Assembly: GCA_964550425.1 (NCBI GenBank)
Contig: CAZJZB010000003.1
Span: 6 to 64,005 of the forward strand
Reading direction: 5' to 3'
From: an uncultured Candidatus Saccharibacteria bacterium
Lineage (GTDB): Bacteria; Patescibacteriota; Minisyncoccia; Phycocordibacterales; Phycocordibacteraceae
DNA: 64,000 bases
The first letter of the stretch is position 1; every line of letters starts with the position of its first letter. Below the pieces are notes generated by a model. It did not search any database and had not been told where the DNA came from. It saw nothing but the letters and a program-made list of their open reading frames with translations. Shown here piece by piece: positions 55,761-64,000 of this stretch. Made by a program: the position numbers and the translations under genes.

Positions 55761-56906
55761 CTAAGTAACGGACTTCAGTCGTTCTATAAGACCAGAGAGA
55801 GGAAGGACGGTTTCTTCCTGGGTCTGCCGATTGCGCAAGATGGCGGAGCCCTCGAGCGCCTCTTTGCGCCCCATGATAAGGAGATAGGGACTCTCTCGCC
55901 GCTCGGCGAGATAGAGCTGTTCGGTCAGCGACTCGACACCGATGTTCTGCGTTAAAGAAATACGTGCTTTTCTGAAGTCCTCAGCAAGACGGATTGAGAG
56001 ACGTTTCGCTTCGTCGCCGATATGGACGAACGAAAATCGTATTCGCGGAATTGAGGCCTTCTTAACTACCATACCCGTACTCGCTATTTGAAATACCGCA
56101 CCGGTGGCGCTTATGGGTGCGGCGGGGAAGAAATGGCGCGTGAAGTCGGAATAGCGCGAACCCCATGCAATGCGCCGCTCGCCGAGAACAAGCTCAAAAC
56201 ACGTGTCGTTCCAGACATTGCCGCGACTAATAAGATTGCGCGCGAGTTCATATGGTGTCTCGGTCATCTCAAGATATTCGAGCAAGTCCTCAAAACGTTT
56301 GCGGCTCGCATCCGAGAGATGCTCGCTTGGCGCCGGCAAATCCTCCGCGCATTCGCGCGCTATGGCGAGCTCGGCGGCCTCGAAAGTGTCGCGCTTGGCG
56401 CAGGTAATGCATTCCTCCGGAAGTACATCAGCGCGTTTTTTGAAAAAGTTCGTCAGTTCACGCGCGTAGCGCGCACGGGTCTCTTTGTCGCCCATGGAAT
56501 TGATACGAACAAGCGGTTCTTCATGGAAAAGGTCGCGTGCGAGCGCAATGAGCGCGCGAATGACAACCGCATCAGAGAGCGCGCGGTCGCTGCCAAGCGC
56601 ATGAAATTGTATAATCGCTTTCTTTGGCGCCGGGCGACCTTGAGCAATGTTTGTATGCCAAACGAAAAGCGGCTGTCGCGGAGAAGGCGCGTATTCGACA
56701 TTCTGAAATTGCTTCAAGAAATTTGTAATTGTTTCGGCGATAGGATCAAGCGTCAGATGTGAGAGCGTTTCGGAATAGTTTGTATTCTTGCGCATACTTC
56801 CGCGCGTTTTAGCGGTGAGTGTTGAAAGCGGCGTGAAGCCGTAGTATTGACCGACCGCATGCGCTTTGCTTAAAAGTTCTTCCGCCGGAATGGTGTCGCG
56901 CATCAT
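55761..56906 (-). CDS. histidyl-tRNA-synthetase-family protein with degenerate class II motifs 2 and 3 (HisRS-like; catalytic competence uncertain)
   Basis: Aligns with HisRS (QFHALG, VRINSMGD, RARYARELTNFF, VWNDTCFE ~ His-A, AWGSRYSDF ~ His-B, C-terminal anticodon-binding domain). Motif 2 FRHERPQ is replaced by WHTNIAQ, and motif 3 Arg/Glu are absent. Confidence 0.5.
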   Translation of the reverse strand: MMRDTIPAEELLSKAHAVGQYYGFTPLSTLTAKTRGSMRKNTNYSETLSHLTLDPIAETITNFLKQFQNVEYAPSPRQPLFVWHTNIAQGRPAPKKAIIQFHALGSDRALSDAVVIRALIALARDLFHEEPLVRINSMGDKETRARYARELTNFFKKRADVLPEECITCAKRDTFEAAELAIARECAEDLPAPSEHLSDASRKRFEDLLEYLEMTETPYELARNLISRGNVWNDTCFELVLGERRIAWGSRYSDFTRHFFPAAPISATGAVFQIASTGMVVKKASIPRIRFSFVHIGDEAKRLSIRLAEDFRKARISLTQNIGVESLTEQLYLAERRESPYLLIMGRKEALEGSAILRNRQTQEETVLPLSGLIERLKSVT

Positions 56907-57487
56907 GGTGTTATAGGGGTTGTCGTGCTTGACGCGCTGTCATAGTGTGCAGCACCCGGGAAGAATCCGCTCTCTCCGACCGGCAAGAGTCGCAGATCGA
57001 CGCGACCGATAATATCTTTCTTTGGCAATGGACCCCAGACACGCGAATCGGAACTATTGGGGCGATTATCACCTACGACGAAATATTCTTCCGAATTGAG
57101 CGAAACATCTTTGGTATAAGTTGCATCTTCGTTAACGATATACGGCTCGGCGAGCGAAATTGTATCTCCGGCGGCGGTGGTAACGGTGATGACGCCATGA
57201 TTAATAGAGATTGTTTCGTTCGGAAGCCCGACAATGCGCTTGATATAGAAAATGGAAGGATTGCCCGGGTAGCGGAAGACAATGACATCACCGCGCTGGG
57301 GCGCACGGAAGTAATAGAGGAATTCATTCACGATGAGATAATCCAGATTCTCGAAGGTTGGATGCATAGATGCGCCGTCAACGATAAACGGCGAGATCAC
57401 GAAGACGCGGATCGGGATGACCACGACGATAATAAGGAGCGCGAGTGTGAAAAGATCCTTCAGAAGACCCTTTCCAGTATCTTGCAT
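56903..57487 (-). CDS. lepB: signal peptidase I
   Basis: GASMHPT (Ser box), YIKRIVGLPNE (Lys box), VVGDNRPNSSDSRVWG (box E). Start trimmed to MQDTGKG before the TM helix. Confidence 0.8.
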   Translation of the reverse strand: MQDTGKGLLKDLFTLALLIIVVVIPIRVFVISPFIVDGASMHPTFENLDYLIVNEFLYYFRAPQRGDVIVFRYPGNPSIFYIKRIVGLPNETISINHGVITVTTAAGDTISLAEPYIVNEDATYTKDVSLNSEEYFVVGDNRPNSSDSRVWGPLPKKDIIGRVDLRLLPVGESGFFPGAAHYDSASSTTTPITP

Positions 57488-57586
57488 GCATGTATTGTAC
57501 GCTTCGCTTCGTCGCGCGCAAGCCGCAGGCGCGTAATCGCCGGAGGTGCCGCGAGTCCGCGAGCGGCATTGTGCTATTATATGCGC

Positions 57587-58183
57587 ATGACGCTCGTCAT
57601 CGTCGGCCTCGGGAACCCGGGAAAGGAGTATGCAAAGACGCGGCATAACGCGGGAAGGAGCGCGGTGGAGATCGTTGCCAAAAATGAAAACTTTGATGAC
57701 TTCGTTTTTAACAAAACGGCACATGCGCTCGTGAGCAAGGGTGCGGTTGCCGGAAAAGATGCAATAGTAATTCTACCCGAGACATTTGTGAATCTCTCCG
57801 GGAAGGCGGTTTCTGCATTCGTGAAGAGTCCAAAGGCGGCAAAAAATCTTTTGGTCATTCATGACGATCTTGATTTGCCTTTCGGTACGATAAAAATGGT
57901 GTTCGGTCGTGGGAGTGGGGGGCACAAGGGCGTGGAAAGCATCATGCGCGCCGTAAAGACGCAAGAGTTCGCACGCATCCGCATTGGCATCTCTGCAGCG
58001 GGGAAGAAGCATCGGGCGAAGAAGGTCTCGGGTGAAGAAAAAGTCATCAAGCACGTCATCGGCAAGTGGAAACCCGCCGAAGAAGCGGCGCTGAAAAAGG
58101 TTTTGAAAAAAGTTGCCGAAACGGTACACCTTTTCGCAACCGAAGGCATCGAATCCGCAACTCAGTTCGCGAATACACGCTAA
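57587..58183 (+). CDS. pth: peptidyl-tRNA hydrolase
   Basis: MTLVIVGLGNPGKEYAKTRHNAG aligns with the E. coli Pth N-terminus. TGCTATTAT extended -10 lies 6 nt upstream. The longer +-strand ORF from 56945 is antisense to lepB and not real. Confidence 0.85.
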   Translation: MTLVIVGLGNPGKEYAKTRHNAGRSAVEIVAKNENFDDFVFNKTAHALVSKGAVAGKDAIVILPETFVNLSGKAVSAFVKSPKAAKNLLVIHDDLDLPFGTIKMVFGRGSGGHKGVESIMRAVKTQEFARIRIGISAAGKKHRAKKVSGEEKVIKHVIGKWKPAEEAALKKVLKKVAETVHLFATEGIESATQFANTR

Positions 58184-58513
58184 ATGAAAGCGATTTCCAC
58201 GATTCTTTATAATGCGGTACCGATTATCGTAATGATCGGCCTGATTCCTTTAGTTACGAATGACTTTACCCTTAGTGGGATTTATATTTTCATAATCGGC
58301 GTGTCGTTATATATAAAACGCGAGAAGAATGATTTTGTTATTTTCGCCTTCGGATTTCTCGGGCTCCTTATTTCGGAATATTTCTTCATTTCGACCGGCG
58401 TCGAAACATTCAATCGCACTAGCCTCCTCGGCGTCATGCCGCTGTGGCTTCCCATACTCTGGGGCTATGCGTTCATTGCTATCAAGCGTGGAATCGTTGC
58501 ATTAGATTCGTAA
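58184..58513 (+). CDS. hypothetical small membrane protein (3-4 TM), AT-rich
   Basis: Hydrophobic 109-aa ORF starting at the pth stop. Confidence 0.45.
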   Translation: MKAISTILYNAVPIIVMIGLIPLVTNDFTLSGIYIFIIGVSLYIKREKNDFVIFAFGFLGLLISEYFFISTGVETFNRTSLLGVMPLWLPILWGYAFIAIKRGIVALDS

Positions 58514-58551
58514 TCTAAAAACGCGACCACTTTTTCTTCCCCTTGAGCGAG

Positions 58552-58706
58552 CAATCGCCATTTCGGGCAGTAGCGTAGGCGTTCATGCACGGTCTTTTGG
58601 CATTCGTGAAGTGTGCCATTCCGATGGCGCGATGCCAAAAGATGAACGCTAGAGCTTAAGAAAACCGCCGGCCGGGGCGGTTTTCTGCTGTCCGAAATGG
58701 CGATTG
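58552..58706. repeat. 155-bp element bounded by a 19-bp inverted repeat, enclosing a 10-bp-stem hairpin and the rpsA terminator
   Basis: caatcgccatttcgggcag … ctgtccgaaatggcgattg (1 mismatch); inner tcttttggcat/atgccaaaaga; terminator gaaaaccgccggccggggcggttttc at 58660-58685. Confidence 0.55.
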
Positions 58707-58716
58707 AGAGCGACCC

Positions 58717-59865
58717 TTACTTCTTCTTTCCCGCGTACGTGAGCGTCATGCGCTGATCTTTCGGTTCAAAGAGAGTGATGGTGAACGGATAGGTCTTTCC
58801 AAGCTCCAGGGTTTCGCGCAGTTCTGCAGGCGTTGCGAATTCGCTCACATGCACCAGACCAGCGATACCTTCTTCCACAGAAGCGAGTGCGCCATGCTTG
58901 TTATATTTAATGACAACGCCCGGTACTTCCATACCCTTCGCATAGCGTTCGGCGGCCGTGTGCCACGGATTCTCCTTCAGCGCTTTGATGGAGAGCGATA
59001 TTTTTCCATCCTTTATTTCAATGACTTTGACCCTGACTATGTCGCCGATAGAGAAGAGTGTGTGCGGGTCCTCGACGAGACCCCAATCAAGCTCGCTGAT
59101 GTGCACGAGACCTTCAAGTCCCGGCTCGATCTTCACGAAGACGCCGAAGTCAACGACCCCGGTCACTTCGCCCGAAGACGTGTCGCCAACCTGATATTTG
59201 TCGATGAGCGACGCTTTCTCCTCGGCCTCATTCCCCGTGCGCTCCGAGAAAATAAGTTTACCCTCCTTCGCATCGGCAGTGATGATACGCACCGAGAGTG
59301 GGTGCCCGATGAGCTGCATGAGTGCGCCGAGTATCTTGTCCTTGTCGCCTTCCGCCACGCGAGGATAGTGCTCCTTGGAGAGCTGTGAAGCGGGGAGAAA
59401 TCCGGCAATGCCTTGCCACGATAGAATAAGACCTCCTTTGTTTGCCTCTTCAACAGTGAGAGAGTATGGCGTCTCCGCGATGATGGCTTGTTCGGCTTCA
59501 CCCCAGATGGCCGCCTGTCTCGCTTCCTTGAGAGAGAGTTCGATATAACCCTCGCGACCGGCGGGATCGACAACTTTTGCGCTGATAATGTCGCCCTGAT
59601 TCGCTTTGCGCAATACGTCGGCAGCGTTCAAATATTCGCGGCCGTAAATGAGGCCGGTGCCAAACGGAGGCAAATCGATATACACCCGCCCACGACTGAT
59701 AGCAATAATCGTTCCCTCGACGAGATCGCCGCGAGACGGCGGTGTGGGGATAGCGTCAAGTAGCGACAGCATCGGATGACCTTCTTCAAGATGAATGGTC
59801 GCCGTCGGTATAGCCACTCCCGCACTCTTCGCATCCTTGGTGAAGGATGATTTCTCTTCAGACAT
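58717..59865 (-). CDS. rpsA: 30S ribosomal protein S1 (short, four S1 domains)
   Basis: Repeated S1 OB-fold modules (…GDLVEGTIIAI…, …GEVTGVVDFGVFVKI…, …GMEVPGVVIKYNKHGALASV…). Start trimmed to MSEEKSS. Confidence 0.85.
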   Translation of the reverse strand: MSEEKSSFTKDAKSAGVAIPTATIHLEEGHPMLSLLDAIPTPPSRGDLVEGTIIAISRGRVYIDLPPFGTGLIYGREYLNAADVLRKANQGDIISAKVVDPAGREGYIELSLKEARQAAIWGEAEQAIIAETPYSLTVEEANKGGLILSWQGIAGFLPASQLSKEHYPRVAEGDKDKILGALMQLIGHPLSVRIITADAKEGKLIFSERTGNEAEEKASLIDKYQVGDTSSGEVTGVVDFGVFVKIEPGLEGLVHISELDWGLVEDPHTLFSIGDIVRVKVIEIKDGKISLSIKALKENPWHTAAERYAKGMEVPGVVIKYNKHGALASVEEGIAGLVHVSEFATPAELRETLELGKTYPFTITLFEPKDQRMTLTYAGKKK

Positions 59866-60013
59866 AGTATATAAAGCGGCGCGGTTCGCCAACTGGCGAA
59901 TTCGAGAGCGGTACTTGAACCTTTCGGCGCAAGGGTTAGCCACTCCCTACTTCCTCCGCACGCAACAGAAACACTATAGCATCTGAAGTCAAAAAATGCT
60001 AGAATGCGCGGAT

Positions 60014-60667
60014 ATGGTTATCACGCATCATGGCGGACAATGTTTCAAGGTAACGCTCGGCGGTCTCACACTCGTCTTCGACCCTATCGCCAAAGGTGGA
60101 ACGTTGCCGCCTTCGCGTTTCGGCGCGGATATCGCACTCGTTTCGCGCAATCATTCGGACATGAACGGCATTGATGAGGTGACCTATGGCGGGAAAGCCC
60201 CTTTCGCTATTACCGGTCCGGGCGAGTATGAGCGGCAGGGCATTGTCATCCAGGGATTCCTTTCTTACAGCGCCTACGGTCTCGCACGAGGTCAAGAAAA
60301 GGCAGTTAATACGATTTATTCCGTTCAACTTGAAGATATGACATTAGTGCATCTGGGCGCACTCGCTGATTCAGAGCTTCTTAAGGAGGCGCGTGAAAGT
60401 ATCGATGAGATTGACGTACTCTTCGTACCTATCGGGGGTCAAGGCGTTCTTTCACCCGACGATGCGCACAAGCTCGCCGTATCGCTCGAGCCGAAAATAA
60501 TCGTCCCAATGCACTGGACGGCTCCGCCAGCTGGCGGAGGAGCGCCAAAGGCACTTGAGGCCTTTCTCAAAAAAGCCGGTTCGGACAATGAAAAAGTCGA
60601 CAAGCTTACTTTGAAGAAAAAGGACCTTGTCGGTCGTGAGGGGAGTATACTCGTGATAACACCCTGA
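60014..60667 (+). CDS. MBL-fold metallo-hydrolase (UPF0173-like)
   Basis: MVITHHGGQCFKV … IALVSRNHSDMNG … HLGALADS are typical of small MBL-fold hydrolases. Confidence 0.7.
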   Translation: MVITHHGGQCFKVTLGGLTLVFDPIAKGGTLPPSRFGADIALVSRNHSDMNGIDEVTYGGKAPFAITGPGEYERQGIVIQGFLSYSAYGLARGQEKAVNTIYSVQLEDMTLVHLGALADSELLKEARESIDEIDVLFVPIGGQGVLSPDDAHKLAVSLEPKIIVPMHWTAPPAGGGAPKALEAFLKKAGSDNEKVDKLTLKKKDLVGREGSILVITP

Positions 60668-60674
60668 TCCACCT

Positions 60675-61031
60675 ATGAAAACCATTTTTGATCACATTGA
60701 GCATATAAAAAGCAAGCCGCACCACGTCCGCAATCGCATCGCTTTTAGCGCGGCTAGTATCGGAACAGGGCTTGTCGCGCTCGTATGGCTCGTGAGCGCT
60801 CTTGGAACAAATGCCTTCGCTATTCAAGAGAGCTCGTTTGCAAAGAGTGTCGGGCAAGAGTCCGTGGTTGCGACTGATAGCGGGAATGGAAACAATCCCG
60901 TTAACAGCGCAGTCGCGGGCGCGAGTGCCGCTCTCTCAAACGCATCGGGCAGAGCGCATATCGAGATTATCGATACAACCTCCTCAACACGCAAAGCGGC
61001 GCAGCCCGAACAGACGACCATACCGTTCTGA
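60675..61031 (+). CDS. hypothetical membrane-anchored protein
   Basis: Single TM (IGTGLVALVWLVSALG); no motif. Confidence 0.4.
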   Translation: MKTIFDHIEHIKSKPHHVRNRIAFSAASIGTGLVALVWLVSALGTNAFAIQESSFAKSVGQESVVATDSGNGNNPVNSAVAGASAALSNASGRAHIEIIDTTSSTRKAAQPEQTTIPF

Positions 61032-61058
61032 ATGTAATTCGTAATCACTTTTACTATC

Positions 61059-63536
61059 ATGGCGCGCGGGAAGAAGGAGGGTACAGAGAATAATGCGGGG
61101 TCGCAGGTCGCCGCGAATGTCATTGGCCAGCCGATCGTCGCCGAGATGCGTACATCGTATCTCGATTATGCGATGTCGGTTATTACCGCGCGCGCTCTGC
61201 CGGATGTGCGTGACGGATTGAAGCCGGTGCACCGCCGCATCCTCTACGCGATGAAAGAAATGGGGCTCGTGCCGGGCGCGCGATTTCGCAAGAGCGCTAC
61301 TGTGGTTGGCGAAGTGCTTGGCAAGTATCATCCGCACGGCGACACCGCCGTCTACGACTCGATGGCAAAAATGGCGCAGGAATTTTCCTATCGTTATCCG
61401 CTCGTGCTCGGTCAGGGCAACTTCGGCTCCATCGATGGTGACTCGCCCGCAGCCATGCGTTACACCGAAGCGAAAATGTCGCGCATCGCCGAAGCACTTC
61501 TCACCGATCTTGAGAAAGAGACCGTTGCCTGGAATCCGAACTACGATGCAACCCGGGACGAGCCGAGAGTGCTCCCCGCTGCGCTACCAAATTTGCTCTT
61601 GAATGGAACGCTCGGAATCGCGGTGGGTATGGCGACAAATATCCCGCCCCACAATCTCCGCGAAGTTGTCGCCGCGACAGTTCACCTTATTGAGAATCCG
61701 GAAGCGACGACGAACGATCTCCTCGCATTCGTAAAAGGTCCCGATTTTCCACTTGGCGGTGTCGCTTTCAGTCGCTCCGACATCACACATGCCTACAGTT
61801 CTGGTAAAGGGCCGGTAGTCGTACGCGGCGAAGCAGAAATTATTGATGATGGGAAAAAAGATACACGCATCATCATCACCTCCATCCCTTATCGTGTGAA
61901 CAAGAGCGAACTCATCACGCGTATCGCGGACTTGGTGCAGGAGAAGAAGATTGAAGGCATCCGCGATTTGCGCGATGAATCCACCTCGGATATCCGTGTG
62001 GTGGTCGAATTGAAGGGCACCGCGCATCCACAAGCGGTTCTGAATGCATTGTATAAACACACCGATCTTGAGAGCACGTTCCACTACAATATGCTCGCAC
62101 TTGTCGATGGCGTGCCGGAGATGCTCTCGCTCTCGGGCATGCTCGGACATTTCATAAAACATCGCCAGGAAGTAGTGAAGCGCCGCACCGAGTACGATCT
62201 GCGGCAGGCCGAGGCACGCGAGCATATCCTTCTCGGACTCTCGAAGGCGCTCGACCATATCGATGAAGTCATTGCAATCATTAAGAAAGCGGCGGATGTG
62301 CCGGCGGCAAGCGCGGCGCTCCAGAAGAAATTCGGATTCTCGGTGCTCCAAGCGGCGGCTATTCTCGAAATGCGTCTGTCGAAACTTGCCGGCCTCGAAC
62401 GCAAAAAGATCGAGGATGAACTCACCGAAGTGCAGGCCCTGATCAAGCGGCTGAAAGAAATTCTTTCCTCGGCTAAGAAAATACTTGCAGTGGTGAAGGC
62501 AGAACTCGAAGAACTTGGAGAGAAGTATGGTGATGATCGCCGCACGAAGGTGATGAGGGGCGGCGTGCAGAATATTTCCGTAGAAGACCTCGTACCGGAC
62601 GAGGAATCAATGTTGCTCCTCACACAGGGCGGGTACGTGAAGCGGACGAATCCGAACGAATACAAAGTGCAGAAGCGCGGCGGTGTCGGCGTCGTCGACA
62701 TCGCGACAAAGGAAGAAGATATTGTAACGCACTTCCTCGTCGCCTCCGCGCACAGCGACCTGCTCTTCTTCACCGATTTCGGTAAAGCGTATCAGCTCAA
62801 GATGTATGAGATTCCTGAAGGGCGGCGCGCGACGAAGGGTAAGAGCATCATGAATTTCCTTCCGCTTTCTGGCGAAGAGGCGGTTACGAGCGTGCTTGCG
62901 ATTCCGAAAGGCGCGGCGCTTGATGCTACGTCGGTTATCTTTGTAACCGAAGCGGGTGCGGTGAAGCGTGTTGCGGCACGTTCATTTGCTGATGTCCGCC
63001 GCTCGGGCATCATCGCTATCAATCTGAAGAAGGGCGATCGGCTCGTCTCGGCTCATCACGCCAACGAAGGCGACACCGTATCTATCGTGACGGCAAAAGG
63101 TCAAAGTATTCGTTTCGAGGCCGAAGATGTGCGTGAGATGGGACGTACTGCAGGCGGTGTTCGCGGCATGAGTGTGCGGAAGGGTGACCGCGTTGTCTCG
63201 GCAGAAGTGATTCCAGCGACCGCGAAAGACGCATCGCTTCTCGTCATCATGAGCAAGGGCTACGGCAAGCGCACGAAGATGTCCGAATATAAGGTGCAGG
63301 GCCGGGGCGGTTCGGGCATCAAGACCGCAGAGGTCACGGCGAAGACCGGGGAAATCATCGGTGCGCGAATTGTCTCCGGTAATCTCGAAAACGAAGAGCT
63401 TGTGGTCGTCTCGAAGAAGGGGCAGGTAATACGCACTTCGGTTTCTTCAATCTCACTCCTTTCCCGCGCCACGCAGGGCGTCCGCATCATGAAGATGCGC
63501 GAGGGCGACTCTATTGCCTCCATGGTCGCGCTGTGA
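61059..63536 (+). CDS. gyrA: DNA gyrase subunit A
   Basis: [29 protein letters not shown]; the active-site Tyr is in ARFRKSA; C-terminal beta-pinwheel repeats; 825 aa. Confidence 0.9.
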   Translation: MARGKKEGTENNAGSQVAANVIGQPIVAEMRTSYLDYAMSVITARALPDVRDGLKPVHRRILYAMKEMGLVPGARFRKSATVVGEVLGKYHPHGDTAVYDSMAKMAQEFSYRYPLVLGQGNFGSIDGDSPAAMRYTEAKMSRIAEALLTDLEKETVAWNPNYDATRDEPRVLPAALPNLLLNGTLGIAVGMATNIPPHNLREVVAATVHLIENPEATTNDLLAFVKGPDFPLGGVAFSRSDITHAYSSGKGPVVVRGEAEIIDDGKKDTRIIITSIPYRVNKSELITRIADLVQEKKIEGIRDLRDESTSDIRVVVELKGTAHPQAVLNALYKHTDLESTFHYNMLALVDGVPEMLSLSGMLGHFIKHRQEVVKRRTEYDLRQAEAREHILLGLSKALDHIDEVIAIIKKAADVPAASAALQKKFGFSVLQAAAILEMRLSKLAGLERKKIEDELTEVQALIKRLKEILSSAKKILAVVKAELEELGEKYGDDRRTKVMRGGVQNISVEDLVPDEESMLLLTQGGYVKRTNPNEYKVQKRGGVGVVDIATKEEDIVTHFLVASAHSDLLFFTDFGKAYQLKMYEIPEGRRATKGKSIMNFLPLSGEEAVTSVLAIPKGAALDATSVIFVTEAGAVKRVAARSFADVRRSGIIAINLKKGDRLVSAHHANEGDTVSIVTAKGQSIRFEAEDVREMGRTAGGVRGMSVRKGDRVVSAEVIPATAKDASLLVIMSKGYGKRTKMSEYKVQGRGGSGIKTAEVTAKTGEIIGARIVSGNLENEELVVVSKKGQVIRTSVSSISLLSRATQGVRIMKMREGDSIASMVAL

Positions 63537-63555
63537 TGATGGATACTGAGTGAGT

Positions 63556-64000
63556 ATGGAAGGGAATCCTGGCCGAGAGAGCAAAGAAAATTCGAGAATA
63601 TCATTTCGCAAAGCTACTCCGGCCGATGCGGAAGCATTCGTCGAATTAGAGCGGATGGTTGCCGGACATAAGACTTATTCGGGGATTTTGAATACGGACG
63701 AAGCATTGGAAGAATTTAGGGATAACGAAGTCTACTTATTTTACAAAGGCGAGCGGCTCGTAGGGAGTACTGAGTTTCAAATGAAGAGTCCTGATCATGC
63801 TTACATAGCAGGACTCGTGGTGCATCCCGAGTTTCAAGGGACACGCGTTGCCTATGAAGCTATACAACTTCTTTCAGAAAAATTAAAAGAGGTAAAAGAA
63901 GTAGAGTTCGTTACTCATCCTGAAAACGCGAAGGTACTTTCTATGTGCAAGTCATTTGGATTTAAAGTAAAAGAACGTGTCGAGAATTATTACGGTGACG
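63556..64000 (+). CDS. GNAT-family N-acetyltransferase (partial; runs off the window end)
   Basis: …GLVVHPEFQGTRVAYEAIQ… acetyl-CoA-binding motif; AT-rich; no stop before 64000. Confidence 0.55.
   Translation, partial: MEGNPGRESKENSRISFRKATPADAEAFVELERMVAGHKTYSGILNTDEALEEFRDNEVYLFYKGERLVGSTEFQMKSPDHAYIAGLVVHPEFQGTRVAYEAIQLLSEKLKEVKEVEFVTHPENAKVLSMCKSFGFKVKERVENYYGD

Noticed and set aside
56945-57580. N-terminal 210 aa of the long plus-strand ORF 56945-58183
   Set aside because: Antisense to lepB. Only the C-terminal part (from 57587, MTLVIVGLGNPG) is the Pth homolog and has a proper promoter.

Overview
This window is a high-GC (roughly 58-62% by eye) bacterial stretch that is almost entirely housekeeping genes. 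The gene set and the trimmed aminoacyl-tRNA synthetases (aaRS) suggest a reduced-genome, CPR/Patescibacteria-like lineage. Several AT-rich islets and an unusual load of structured repeats are superimposed on it.

Main housekeeping genes:
- Translation and ribosome: rplY, rpmE, prfA, rpsB-tsf, rpsU, rpsA, pth, lepA, and tRNAs Thr/Gly/Arg/Phe/Val/Glu/Ser.
- Aminoacyl-tRNA synthetases: pheS and a short pheT, a truncated thrS, a short valS, and a HisRS-like gene with degenerate motifs.
- Replication: gyrB, gyrA, dnaE.
- Division and envelope: ftsA-ftsZ, an FtsB-like gene, murJ, lepB, sortase, a GT2 glycosyltransferase, a lytic transglycosylase, an L,D-transpeptidase fused to a D,D-carboxypeptidase, and a PrsW protease.
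- Central metabolism and redox: a PfkB kinase, a class I FBP aldolase, class II (B12-dependent) ribonucleotide reductase (RNR), trxB, and a glutaredoxin.
- RNA modification: tsaD, rlmB, an RlmI/K-like methyltransferase (MTase), and ybeY.

Most interesting observations:
1. An RNase P RNA gene (rnpB) lies on the minus strand between nrdJ and the next gene. It is about 590 nt long and carries a roughly 125-nt near-identical internal duplicated module. Its P4 helix keeps the bulged U through compensatory changes.
2. A REP-like 25-bp palindrome family (atgaaagacctcNNgaggtctttcat) sits precisely on the start and stop codons of an IS200/RAYT-type HUH transposase. A third copy is inserted in-frame inside that transposase. 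A related 48-bp inverted-repeat element is inserted in-frame inside an rRNA methyltransferase gene, as seen with Rickettsia palindromic elements.
3. A conserved hairpin family with compensatory stem changes immediately follows tRNA 3' ends. Short direct duplications of the tRNA-Arg and tRNA-Glu 3' ends sit next to low-GC cargo genes, which look like integration scars.
4. A secreted protein carries a thrombospondin type-1 repeat.
5. Most genes appear to use a TGnTAnnnT extended -10 element 6-12 nt upstream of the ATG, implying leaderless transcription.

No CRISPR array, rRNA gene or recognizable defense operon was seen.
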